Source: Candidatus Tayloriibacteriota bacterium
Lineage (GTDB): Bacteria > Patescibacteriota > Minisyncoccia > Phycocordibacterales > PALSA-1337
Assembly (NCBI GenBank): GCA_943354385.1
Contig: CALRBR010000002.1
Coordinates: forward strand, 4,208-68,207
DNA length: 64,000 nucleotides
Direction: 5' to 3'
Below the pieces are notes generated by a model that was not told the DNA's origin, made no database searches, and was given only the letters and a program-made list of their open reading frames with translations. The first letter of the stretch is position 1, and every line of letters begins with the position of its first letter. Positions 29,303 to 39,015 of the stretch are shown here, piece by piece. The translations under genes and the position numbers were made by a program.

Positions 29303-30298
29303 TTATTTGGTATTGCTAAAAAGATACCCCTGTTCCCCTTCGGTAAAGACCATCCCATTTTCTTTGAAGTAGGTGCTGACCCTCTGGAGGGAGGTAATCA
29401 TATTGCCACGAACCTCGGGGAAACGCCCAGCAGCCTGGAGGGTGGAAAGCGGATCTGTATGAATTCGGCTCATGCCTTGCACGACACTAAGTATATCACT
29501 AAAACTGTTCACTAGGGCGAGGTGGATAAGTGAGGCGCTCACAGGGACTTTGGTTTTGAGGAAATTGGTCAGCAGGCTCTGGTACGCCTTGATGATAGGG
29601 TCGAGCTCTTTGATAGATTCAGGGTCTTCTTCCTTGACACTGTCACGAAGAATAATCCCCTCATCTCTGGCGGAAATCGAGTAGGTTTTAATAATCTGAC
29701 CGAGCTCATTACCGTATGCTCGGATAGTTTCTGGCGAGCTATCTTTGGCGATCTCAAGGTCAGTCCGAGCGTATTCTACGTTTGTTAAAATAGTATCACT
29801 TTTGTCGAGTAGATTGAGGACGATTTCTTTTTGCTCGGCAGTGGTCAAAGGAGTCCCTCCGTTGGCCTGCTTGGTGGTCATGTATTGGGTAAAGACATCT
29901 CGGGCAAATTTGTCGGTCGCGGTCAGGGGCTCGCTTTTTGTACCGTCTTGATTTTGGGCAAAGGGATGGTTTGCGATTTTGTCATTTGGGCCTTTGACGG
30001 TCGGGTTGCGTTCGAGCTCGACTTCTTTGCCATCTGATGTGCCATCGCCATCGGTATCGGCCTTTTGTGGATCAGTGTGCCAGAGCACCTCTTCCCAGTC
30101 TTTTAGACCGTCTTTGTCAGTGTCCTTCTCTGCGACGAGGTCGATATTTTGCTCTTCGATACTGACGGCTTGGATGCCTGTCGAGGTTATTGGTTTGGAA
30201 GAATCTTTTTGAGATTTAGTAGCCACGAAAAATATCCCGAATGCAACAATTCCGGTGGTGATAATAATCATTACCCCTTTTCTGGTAGGTAGTTTCAA
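29303..30298 (-). CDS. membrane-anchored protein with acidic DxDxDG (calcium-binding-like) repeats
   Basis: 331 aa. N-terminal TM, DTDKDGLKDWEE / DTDGDGTSDGKE motifs resembling thrombospondin-type-3/EF-like Ca sites. Confidence 0.45.
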   Translation of the reverse strand: MKLPTRKGVMIIITTGIVAFGIFFVATKSQKDSSKPITSTGIQAVSIEEQNIDLVAEKDTDKDGLKDWEEVLWHTDPQKADTDGDGTSDGKEVELERNPTVKGPNDKIANHPFAQNQDGTKSEPLTATDKFARDVFTQYMTTKQANGGTPLTTAEQKEIVLNLLDKSDTILTNVEYARTDLEIAKDSSPETIRAYGNELGQIIKTYSISARDEGIILRDSVKEEDPESIKELDPIIKAYQSLLTNFLKTKVPVSASLIHLALVNSFSDILSVVQGMSRIHTDPLSTLQAAGRFPEVRGNMITSLQRVSTYFKENGMVFTEGEQGYLFSNTK

Positions 30299-30340
30299 AA
30301 GGTTGAGTGTGGTCTAAAGCTTAAGGTGGGAGCGTGGTAT

Positions 30341-30443
30341 CCATTCTCCCTTGGTAAAGGGAGTACCCGTAGGGGGAGGGATTTTATAAAATTCAAATCC
30401 CTCGGCCTCTCGGCCACTCCCTTTAGGAAAGGGAGAATAATTC
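30341..30443. repeat. family-1 MITE-like repeat (variant)
   Basis: ccattctcccttggtaaagggag ... ccctttaggaaagggagaataattc. Confidence 0.65.
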
Positions 30444-30500
30444 ACCACCCCTCGGCACTCCTTTATCAAAGCGAAATAAATACCTATTTATTATATCAAA

Positions 30501-31448
30501 TTATTTCAATGCGTGTGCAAGAGTTTTCCACTGTTTTAGATCTAGGTCCTCGGCGCGAGTGTCGATGGCTATACTGAGGGCAGAAAAAGTGTTTTCGAGG
30601 GTAGTTTTTTCGGCAATTGTCTCGAGATTTCTGATTAATTTCTTTCTTTTGTGAGCAAAACCAGCTTTGATGAGTTTGAAAAAGAATTCTTGTGAGTCCA
30701 TTCCTCCTTTTTTAAAGGAGGTGCTCAGTACTCTGGGCGGAGGATTTAAAATCCCTCCCCCTACTGGTACTGAGTCGATCGTTTTTGATTGACACCCGTC
30801 GACGGCCTTTATGAAAGGGAGAATGGGGAGAGATGCTGTCTGTCCCGTTGTGTTACTTTCTATAAAAAACTGATCTGAAATGTTGTCGATAAGCAAAATA
30901 GCTGAGTCAACAGACGGCACAGGATTAAAAGAACCAGCACTGACTGTCTGTATGTATTTTGGAGAGCCGTAGGCTTTTACTGAAAGCGACAAAATACTCT
31001 CTTTTGCATCCTTTGCCACAATTCTTCTCGCCACTTCTTTTTGGAGCATAAGAGTCATGAGAGATGGCTGTGTGTCTGTCTCGAGAAACTTTTGAATGAG
31101 CTCGCCAGTGATGTAGTAAGGTATATTGGCGACGAGTTTGTATTTGCCAGCCAAAATACCTAGGTCTTTTGGGGACATGTCGAGAATATCGCCGTGAATG
31201 AGCTTTAGTTTACCAGAAGTCACTTCCCCTCCAAAACGTTCCGAAAGATGAGGGATCATGCGGTCATCTTTTTCCACTGCGATCACTTGAGCGCCAGTTT
31301 TGAGTAGAAATTCTGTCAGAACCCCTTTTCCAGGACCAATCTCCAGGACAATATCATCTTTTGTCACTCGCGATGCTTCCACCATAGCGTGCACTGCACC
31401 CATAGAATGGAGGAAATTTTGACCGAGAGACTTTTTGGCGGGGATCAT
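30501..31448 (-). CDS. ksgA: 16S rRNA (adenine1518/1519-N6)-dimethyltransferase RsmA/KsgA, carrying a ~43-codon in-frame repeat insertion
   Basis: N-terminal GQNFL, SAM-binding LEIGPGKG, C-terminal FFKLIKAGFAHKRKKLIRNL matching KsgA. Residues ~201-250 are encoded by MITE copy 30698-30827. Confidence 0.85.
   Translation of the reverse strand: MIPAKKSLGQNFLHSMGAVHAMVEASRVTKDDIVLEIGPGKGVLTEFLLKTGAQVIAVEKDDRMIPHLSERFGGEVTSGKLKLIHGDILDMSPKDLGILAGKYKLVANIPYYITGELIQKFLETDTQPSLMTLMLQKEVARRIVAKDAKESILSLSVKAYGSPKYIQTVSAGSFNPVPSVDSAILLIDNISDQFFIESNTTGQTASLPILPFIKAVDGCQSKTIDSVPVGGGILNPPPRVLSTSFKKGGMDSQEFFFKLIKAGFAHKRKKLIRNLETIAEKTTLENTFSALSIAIDTRAEDLDLKQWKTLAHALK
30698..30827. repeat. family-1 MITE-like repeat inserted in frame within ksgA
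   Basis: ccattcctccttttttaaaggagg...gtcgatcgtttttgattgacacccgtcgacggcctttatgaaagggagaatgg. Lies entirely inside the ksgA ORF without a stop. Confidence 0.75.
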
Positions 31449-31795
31449 GGGTATAGGGTAGCATACTAAGTAGTCGAAAGTCGAAAGTACCGAGTCGAAA
31501 GACCTCGATTTCTGGATGCAAAAGTCATGGGCAAAACCGTCACAAATTTAAACGGCCAGCTATTTTGTTCGTAACACGTCTTGCTAGACCTGTTATCTTC
31601 GTCGCCTTCGCTCCTTGAGCCTTTCAGCATGGCTACACAGAGCCGTTTATTAAAAAAAAGCTAAAACGGCTATTTTTAGGGATTTTGTCTTAATTAGCCC
31701 CCGAAAATCTACTGATTTTCGGGGGAAACACCCATGAACCATGAATCAAATATCATAATTCTATCTTTACCCTTTCCCGTGTTATGATATCCCTC

Positions 31796-33742
31796 ATGAC
31801 TCACCTCGAAGGACTCAATATTCAACAAAAAAAGGCGGTAGAACACACGACTGGCCCCCTGCTCATCGTTGCCGGTGCTGGAGCGGGGAAAACCAAGACC
31901 CTGACTCACAGAATCCTGAATCTCATCAAGTCCGGCGTCGCCCCACATTCTATTTTGGCTATTACTTTTACCAATAAAGCAGCCAAAGAGATGCGAGACC
32001 GCATGGGCAGGCTTCTCGAGAGTGATAAAACCCTCAATCTCCCCATTTCTTCTTCCGAACGGCCATTTATTTCTACTTTTCACTCACTCGGCGTCCATAT
32101 TATCAAGGAAAACGCCTTAAAACTCGGCCTCACCCGCCACTTTACTATCTACGACCGCAACGATTCAAAAAGAGCAATCAAAGAAGCGATCGAAGCCTGC
32201 CAGCTCGACCCAAAACAGTTCGAACCAAGCAAAATTCTTTCTGTAATCTCTCGAGAAAAGGGCAACCTCATGACCCACACGACCTACGCCGACAAATGGG
32301 GTGGAGAATATTGGAATGATATGGTGGCAAAAATCTGGGAGAAGTATGAAAATATTTTGAAAAAAGAAAAGTCGCTGGATTTCGATGACTTACTTTTAAA
32401 GACCGCACTCCTTCTTAAAAATGATGTAGAAGTGCGCACAAAGTATCAAAATCTTTGGCAGTATGTGCACATCGATGAATATCAAGATACAAACGCCGTA
32501 CAATATCAGATCGCTTCCCTTTTGGCGGACAAACACCACAACCTCTGTGTGGTCGGTGATGCCGATCAGACAATTTACAGCTGGAGAGGCGCAAATATTC
32601 AGAATATTTTGAATTTTGAAAAAGATTATCAAGATGCGACGGTGATTGTGATGGAAGAAAATTATCGCTCTACCCAAAACATTCTCGCTGCTGCGAATCA
32701 GGTGATCATAAAGAATGTGATGCGTAAAGACAAAAAGCTATTTACTAAAAATATCGAAGGAGAAAAGATCACAGTCTTCTCTGCGTACGAAGAAGGAGAA
32801 GAAGCCAATTTTGTAGCGGAGACCGCAAAAAAAATAATCGCAGGTGGCGTATCTCCGAGAGAAATCGCCGTGCTTTATCGTGCCAATTTTCAGTCCCGTG
32901 TGCTCGAGGAAGCTTTTTTGCATAAGAGTGTCCCCTATCAGATTTTGGGCACTAGATTTTTTGACAGAAAAGAGGTCAAAGACGTCTTGTCATTTATAAA
33001 AGCATCGCTCAATCGTGACAGCTTTTCTGATGTCGGTCGGGTGATAAATATTCCTCCGCGAGGGATTGGAAAAGTAACTTTGCTAAAAATATTTGATCCT
33101 GGACATGGTGCACTTCCGCCGGCAATGCAACAAAAAGTCGCTACTTTTATGGCTCTACTCGAGCGTATAAGGCAGGCATCACTCACACTCCCCCCATCAC
33201 AAGTAGTCAAAATGATTATTGCTGACAGTGGTATGGAAGCGATGTATCGAAAAGACGGCGAGGAAGGTATGGAAAATATCGAGAACATTCGCGAGCTCGT
33301 GACTTTGGCGAGTAAGTATGATGTCCTCCCTCTCGGCGAAGGCTTAGAAAAAATGCTTGAGGAAGCGGCACTCGCAACGGATCAAGATGAGCTTACTAAA
33401 GATAAAAATGCGGTAAAACTAATGACCGTACATGCGTCAAAGGGCCTGGAGTTTGATTATGTGATTATTCCAGGACTGGAGACAGATCTTTTTCCTCACA
33501 AAAAATTAAATGAAGATGCTTTGGATAAAAATCAGGCAGAGGAAGAGCGCCGGCTTTTCTATGTAGCACTGACACGAGCTCGAAAGAAAATATATTTGAC
33601 TCACACGGTAGTGCGCACTATTTTTGGTGCACAAAAAGTTAATACACCGTCTGAATTTATTTCGGATATCGATGCGGATTTAATTGAGAGTGGAGAAAGA
33701 GAGGAGGTGCGAGGAGTGAAAGCGATATTTATTGATTTTTAG
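31796..33742 (+). CDS. pcrA: UvrD/PcrA/Rep-family ATP-dependent DNA helicase
   Basis: Walker A AGAGAGKTKTLTHR, SF1 helicase motifs I-VI (DEYQDTN, VGDADQTIYSWRGA, YRS). ~650 aa. Confidence 0.85.
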   Translation: MTHLEGLNIQQKKAVEHTTGPLLIVAGAGAGKTKTLTHRILNLIKSGVAPHSILAITFTNKAAKEMRDRMGRLLESDKTLNLPISSSERPFISTFHSLGVHIIKENALKLGLTRHFTIYDRNDSKRAIKEAIEACQLDPKQFEPSKILSVISREKGNLMTHTTYADKWGGEYWNDMVAKIWEKYENILKKEKSLDFDDLLLKTALLLKNDVEVRTKYQNLWQYVHIDEYQDTNAVQYQIASLLADKHHNLCVVGDADQTIYSWRGANIQNILNFEKDYQDATVIVMEENYRSTQNILAAANQVIIKNVMRKDKKLFTKNIEGEKITVFSAYEEGEEANFVAETAKKIIAGGVSPREIAVLYRANFQSRVLEEAFLHKSVPYQILGTRFFDRKEVKDVLSFIKASLNRDSFSDVGRVINIPPRGIGKVTLLKIFDPGHGALPPAMQQKVATFMALLERIRQASLTLPPSQVVKMIIADSGMEAMYRKDGEEGMENIENIRELVTLASKYDVLPLGEGLEKMLEEAALATDQDELTKDKNAVKLMTVHASKGLEFDYVIIPGLETDLFPHKKLNEDALDKNQAEEERRLFYVALTRARKKIYLTHTVVRTIFGAQKVNTPSEFISDIDADLIESGEREEVRGVKAIFIDF

Positions 33743-33888
33743 CACGCCAAATTTTATATTTCTTTCTCGGCATATCTTTTGAAAGAGCACGCATACTTTT
33801 TTGGTAAAAAGTTGCTCTGCTCGGCTACCCGCCTGCGTAAGGCTTTTCAAAAGATGCGCCTTCAACGAAATATAAAATTTGGCGTGCT
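33741..33888. repeat. family-3 ~110-bp repeat with 22-bp terminal inverted repeats
   Basis: Core tcttttgaaagagcacgcatacttttttggtaaaaagttgctctgctcggctacccgcctgcgtaaggcttttcaaaagatgcgccttcaacgaa, flanked by agcacgccaaattttatatttc / gaaatataaaatttggcgtgct. Confidence 0.65.
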
Positions 33889-33996
33889 AGAAATCCGTTA
33901 TTAGGATCGCTTTTCCCTCGCACATGTGCCGGTGTCGGATAAGGGGTAAATAAAAAGCCGCGAAGAGTATTCGCAGCCGAGGTTTGGTGTTAGGAA

Positions 33997-34233
33997 TTAG
34001 CACCGGGGCAAGTCTTTCGAGCTATCCTTTTTGGTGGCCAGACTAAATTCCAGAAGACTCGCATATAGGAGACCCAGGCCACTTCCCAGTGCTGCCAGGG
34101 TGATTCCGCTGAAGAACCAGGCAGGAATCTTGGGTCCACCCTGTCCCCAAGAAACGTAGCCGGTTAGGAGGAACAGAGCACTGAGGCAGGCGAATAAAAT
34201 CACCCACCCGAACTTTTGCAAGTTTTCTTTCAT
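33997..34233 (-). CDS. small two-TM membrane protein (hypothetical)
   Basis: 78-aa ORF with two hydrophobic helices. Confidence 0.3.
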   Translation of the reverse strand: MKENLQKFGWVILFACLSALFLLTGYVSWGQGGPKIPAWFFSGITLAALGSGLGLLYASLLEFSLATKKDSSKDLPRC

Positions 34234-34421
34234 TTTTTGAGCTGTCTTTCCAGATGCATGATTTGGAGCATCTACCCTTTCGAAGAACTTCGCAACGTAT
34301 TATAGCAAATTACACTTCAAATGTCAATAGGTACCCTTGACATCATCTAGCCTTTATTAGTTATCCACAGCTTCTCCCCTAGGTCATTGACTTTGTGGGT
34401 GTAAAAGCCTAGTATGGATAG

Positions 34422-35504
34422 GTGCGTGTACCATGGTTTTCAAATATACGGCTCAACAAAGCCGTCACAACTATCACCTCCGAGCTTTTTTCAAAAAAGC
34501 TTTTTTTGCTATTTGTACTCATTGCGATACCTTTAAAGACCCATGCAGGTCTTATTTCTTTTATTACAGAACTCTTCGAAGACAACACTTTTCCAAAGAT
34601 TGAAGTGTTAGAGAAAAATGCCCAGACCATACCTCTTTTGCAGGCCGCTTTAAATATCGATCCCAACCCATCAAAGGGTGGCGGTGACATCACTATTGTA
34701 GGAGGTACGGCTCTCCTTCCAGAAAGTGGACCATCGGGTACTATTGCAGATGTGGAGGAAAACCCTGTATCAGATCAGATTAGTATCTATGTTGTGCGCG
34801 ATGGGGACTCACTCGGTGCCATTGCTAAAATATTCGGTGTCTCGACCAACACCATTCGTTGGGCCAACGACATCTCTACTGGAGGTACTATTAAGCCGGG
34901 TCAGACCCTCATCATCCTCCCTATTTCCGGAGTACGTCATTTGGTAAAGAGTGGTGATACCATTAAAACCATTGTTGCAAAGTATAAAGCCGATATAAAC
35001 GAAGTACTTCAGTATAACAGCCTGAGAGTCGGGGCGGTTTTGGCCATTGGAGAGACATTGATCATTCCTGACGGAGAGGTTTCAACGGTGCACCCGGCTT
35101 CTGCAGGTGCAAAGAAGGGCTCCTGGCTAAAATTAAAAGGCACGAACGGCCCAAATTATCAGGGTTACTATATGAGACCTGTTGCAGGTGGGTACAGGAG
35201 TCAGGGTCTCCATGGGTATAACGGTGTAGATATCGCTGCCCCATATGCTACTCCTATTGTGGCTGCGGCTCGCGGCGAGGTGATCATTAGTCGTGTAGGA
35301 GGTTGGCATGGAGGCTATGGTAACTATATCGTTATTGCTCATGAAAATGGCACTCAAACACTCTACGCACACCTTTCTCATAATATAGTTTCTGCTGGTC
35401 AGGTGGTGGAAAAGGGACATCTGATAGCGCTCATGGGATCGACTGGTAATTCAACTGGACCGCATGTGCATTTCGAGATCAGAGGCGCAAAGAATCCGTT
35501 TTAG
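34422..35504 (+). CDS. LysM-domain M23-family peptidoglycan endopeptidase
   Basis: Two LysM-like segments (YVVRDGDSLGAIAKIFGV, HLVKSGDTIKTIVAKY). M23 catalytic motifs HGYNGVDIAA and GSTGNSTGPHVHFE. Promoter TTGACT-17-TAGTAT and DnaA box (34361) upstream. Confidence 0.8.
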   Translation: MRVPWFSNIRLNKAVTTITSELFSKKLFLLFVLIAIPLKTHAGLISFITELFEDNTFPKIEVLEKNAQTIPLLQAALNIDPNPSKGGGDITIVGGTALLPESGPSGTIADVEENPVSDQISIYVVRDGDSLGAIAKIFGVSTNTIRWANDISTGGTIKPGQTLIILPISGVRHLVKSGDTIKTIVAKYKADINEVLQYNSLRVGAVLAIGETLIIPDGEVSTVHPASAGAKKGSWLKLKGTNGPNYQGYYMRPVAGGYRSQGLHGYNGVDIAAPYATPIVAAARGEVIISRVGGWHGGYGNYIVIAHENGTQTLYAHLSHNIVSAGQVVEKGHLIALMGSTGNSTGPHVHFEIRGAKNPF

Positions 35505-35517
35505 AGTTTTGAATGAG

Positions 35518-35656
35518 CATTATTCTCCCTTTGCAAAGGGAGCACCGACAGTACTCTGGCGCGGAGGGATTTGAAACTTAAATCCCTCGGCCTGGAGCCT
35601 GATGAGTCGATCGTTTGTGATCGACACCTGTAGACGGCCTTTACAAAGGGAGAATA
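35518..35656. repeat. family-1 MITE-like repeat
   Basis: cattattctccctttgcaaagggagc...gtcgatcgtttgtgatcgacacctgtagacggcctttacaaagggagaataga. Confidence 0.75.
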
Positions 35657-35766
35657 GATCACCATCTCAGCTACTCGCTTCCGAAGCCCTTTTAAAAGAT
35701 ATACCTTCAACACATTTCGTATAATTCGAACTAATTTTTTATTTCTCACTATGCTATACTGTCGAA

Positions 35767-37605
35767 ATGTGTGGATTTGTAGGCTTTACTGGCACAACTA
35801 AAGACAAAGAGAAAGCGCTTTCTCGAATGCTTTCTACTATAGTACACCGTGGCCCAGACTCCCACGATTCTTTTTTCGACTCTGGTGTATCTCTCGGCTT
35901 TCGTCGACTTAGTATCATTGATCTTTCAAACGGCTCACAACCTCTTTCAAACGAAGACGGCACCAAGGTGCTGGTTTTCAATGGCGAAATATATAACTAC
36001 AAAGTATTGCGTGAGGAGCTGGTTCGGTGCGGGCATATTTTCAAAACCCACACTGATTCTGAAGTGTTGCTTCATGGATACGAGGAGTACGGTGTTACCC
36101 TTCTCCAAAAAGTGCGAGGCATGTTCTCTTTTGTTATTTGGGATTCACAGAAAAAAGAACTTTTTGGAGCCCGAGATTTTTTTGGTATCAAACCTTTTTA
36201 CTATGCTACTGTTGGTAATGAGATTTTGTTTGGATCAGAGATAAAAGCTTTTTTACCACATCCAGATTTTAAAAAAGAGTTACATGAGGATAAATTATCC
36301 GATTATTTGACATGGAGCTGTGTCCCGAGTAACGAAACCTTTTTTAAAGGTGTTTACAAACTACCACCGGCTCATTATTTTATTTTCAAGGCAGGTAAAA
36401 TGGATATTCAGCGATACTGGAGACCAGAATTTCAGATTGATTCTGAACATACAGAAGATTATTTTGTAGATAAGGTTAGTAATGGTGTCAGTGAATCAGT
36501 AAAGGCTCATATGGTTGCCGATGTGGAGGTGGGGTGTTTTCTCTCGAGTGGGGTGGACTCGAGCTATGTAGCATCCGAACTTTCGCATCTCAGTAAAATT
36601 AAAACCTACACCGTTGGGTTCGATGATTTAAAATATAGTGAAGCGCCAGATGCACAGAAGCTCGCCCACGAGCTTGGTGTGCAAAATAAAGTCACGATAG
36701 TGTCATCCGAAGACTATTTCGGTAGTGTTGGTAAGGTTCAGTATCATCTCGACGAGCCACTCGCAAATCCCAGTGCCAATCTTCTCTACTTTGTTTCCAA
36801 GCTCGCCGCAAAAGACTTGAAAGTGGTGCTTTCTGGAGAGGGCGCTGACGAAATGTTTGGTGGGTATAATGTATACAAAGAACCGCTTACTATTGCCCCA
36901 TACCAGAAACTTCCATTTGTATTGCGCCACGCACTTGCCAGTCTCGCGGGTAAACTTCCAGATTTCAAGGGTAAAAATTTTATTATTCGAGGTTCAAAAA
37001 CGATTGAAGAGCGATATATTGGAAACAGTAATATTTTTACCAATGCAGAAAAAGAACAAGTACTACTTCGAAAGTATCCATCTAAAAATCCGACAGAGTA
37101 TCTCGCACCGTTTTATAAAGAGGTGCAAGGTCAGGATGATGTAACCAAAATGCAGTATGTAGACATGCATTTTTGGATGGTGCAAGAAATCCTGCTCAAA
37201 GCCGACAAAATGAGCATGGCTCACTCACTCGAGCTCCGAGTTCCTTTTCTAGACCGAGAAATTTTTGATATTGCAAAGACTATTCCGGCTCGATACAAGG
37301 TTAGTAAGGAAAATACCAAGCTGGCTCTGAGAAAAGCTGCGGGCAGACAGATCAATAAAAACTCTGCCGAAAGGGTAAAGATGGCCTTCCCCCTACCGCT
37401 TGTTGAGTGGCTACGCGAGGACCGATACTACATTAAGGTGAAGGGCTATTTTACGAGCGACACATCAAAAAAGTTTTTTAATACGGATGAAATCACTAAA
37501 TTATTAGATATTCATAAAAGGGGCAAGAAAAATAACGCCAGAAAAATATGGACGATCTTTACCTTCTTGGTTTGGTACGAAGAATTTTTTATCAAGACTC
37601 ATTAG
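35767..37605 (+). CDS. asnB: asparagine synthase (glutamine-hydrolysing), AsnB family
   Basis: N-terminal MCGFVGF (Cys2 nucleophile), SGGVDSS PP-loop, ~610 aa. Confidence 0.85.
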   Translation: MCGFVGFTGTTKDKEKALSRMLSTIVHRGPDSHDSFFDSGVSLGFRRLSIIDLSNGSQPLSNEDGTKVLVFNGEIYNYKVLREELVRCGHIFKTHTDSEVLLHGYEEYGVTLLQKVRGMFSFVIWDSQKKELFGARDFFGIKPFYYATVGNEILFGSEIKAFLPHPDFKKELHEDKLSDYLTWSCVPSNETFFKGVYKLPPAHYFIFKAGKMDIQRYWRPEFQIDSEHTEDYFVDKVSNGVSESVKAHMVADVEVGCFLSSGVDSSYVASELSHLSKIKTYTVGFDDLKYSEAPDAQKLAHELGVQNKVTIVSSEDYFGSVGKVQYHLDEPLANPSANLLYFVSKLAAKDLKVVLSGEGADEMFGGYNVYKEPLTIAPYQKLPFVLRHALASLAGKLPDFKGKNFIIRGSKTIEERYIGNSNIFTNAEKEQVLLRKYPSKNPTEYLAPFYKEVQGQDDVTKMQYVDMHFWMVQEILLKADKMSMAHSLELRVPFLDREIFDIAKTIPARYKVSKENTKLALRKAAGRQINKNSAERVKMAFPLPLVEWLREDRYYIKVKGYFTSDTSKKFFNTDEITKLLDIHKRGKKNNARKIWTIFTFLVWYEEFFIKTH

Positions 37606-37803
37606 TGGGTGGGATTTTACTTTAACGGCTCAATGGTTTCCGTTGAGCCTTTCTCCCAAATCGAGCCTATACATGGGCTTATATCTGTTAGAATGCTCAA
37701 ACCTACGAAAATCACCACTGACCCTAAATTACGAAAGGATTTCTCGTTACTTCTTCGACGAGTTGGGAAATTTAAGGTACACTAGCGTAAACAAAGACAC
37801 TTT

Positions 37804-39015
37804 ATGAAGATTCTGGAACAAGATTTTGTACCGCTTTTATTTGGGAATGATATCAATTCCTACAGTATGGCCCGCGCCTTTCACGAGGCGTATGGTGTCA
37901 GGTCTATCGTTGTCGGTAAGTATCTTTCAGGTCCAAATGTAAATAGCTCTATCATTGATTTTCGAGCGATTGAAAACATTGATGAAGATGCTATTTTTAT
38001 TTCCACGGTTAATACATTTGCGGAAGAGAAAAAAGGTAAAAAGATTCTCGTGATCGGTTGTGGCGACAACTACATCAGTCTTATTAGTAAAAACAAGCCA
38101 AAGTTTGCTTCAAATGTCGTTGCGCCGTATATCGATTTCGCTTTTCTCAACGCACTGATTAGGAAAGAGAAGTTTTACGAAATTTGTCGGCAGTACGAGA
38201 TTCCATATCCAAAGACTTTTATCTATCGCAAGGAGCTGGGTAACACTTTCGATCTTGACTTCCCTTTCCCGGTTATTACAAAGCCTTCAAATAGCGTGGA
38301 GTACTGGAACTTCCCATTTGCTAGTCAAAAGAAGGTCTACAAAGCCGATACCAGAGACGAGCTTGTGAAAATCCTCGGTGATATCTCTACAGCTGGCTAC
38401 AAAGATTCAATGGTTATTCAGGACTTTATTCCTGGAGACGATACCTACATGCGAGTGCTTACTTGTTATTCTGACATGCAAGGAAAAGTACAAAGAATGG
38501 CACTCGGACATGTATTGCTCGAAGAGCATACCCCACACGGCCTGGGTAACCACGCCGTGATTATAAACGACTATGATGAAACACTGATGTCATCAGTAAA
38601 AACTTTTCTCGAGAAGATTCAATTTAAAGGTTTTTCAAACTTTGATATTAAATACGACACACGAGATGGTGTATACAAGATTTTTGAAATAAATGTTCGT
38701 CAAGGTAGGAGTAATTTTTATGTCACAGGCGCAGGAGACAATATCGCTCAGGTGGTGGTGGAGGATGCTGTATATGGCCGACCACTAACATTTAAAAATA
38801 CTACCGAAAAACATTTGTGGCTCGTTGTCCCCTTTTTGGTAGCCCTTATCTATGTACGTTCAAGGAAGTTGAGATTTGAAATGCTCGGTCTCTTTTTGAA
38901 GGGTAAAATGGTTAATCCTCTATGGTATACTGGTGATTATTCGTGGAAGAGAAACAAATATTTGTGGAAGTCGCATTTTAGTCACTTTTTCAAATATTTT
39001 AAATACTACCGATAG
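37804..39015 (+). CDS. ATP-grasp family carboxylate-amine ligase
   Basis: 403 aa. ATP-grasp fold signatures (ITKPSNS..., EINVRQG). Stop abuts the start of the downstream racemase. Confidence 0.65.
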   Translation: MKILEQDFVPLLFGNDINSYSMARAFHEAYGVRSIVVGKYLSGPNVNSSIIDFRAIENIDEDAIFISTVNTFAEEKKGKKILVIGCGDNYISLISKNKPKFASNVVAPYIDFAFLNALIRKEKFYEICRQYEIPYPKTFIYRKELGNTFDLDFPFPVITKPSNSVEYWNFPFASQKKVYKADTRDELVKILGDISTAGYKDSMVIQDFIPGDDTYMRVLTCYSDMQGKVQRMALGHVLLEEHTPHGLGNHAVIINDYDETLMSSVKTFLEKIQFKGFSNFDIKYDTRDGVYKIFEINVRQGRSNFYVTGAGDNIAQVVVEDAVYGRPLTFKNTTEKHLWLVVPFLVALIYVRSRKLRFEMLGLFLKGKMVNPLWYTGDYSWKRNKYLWKSHFSHFFKYFKYYR

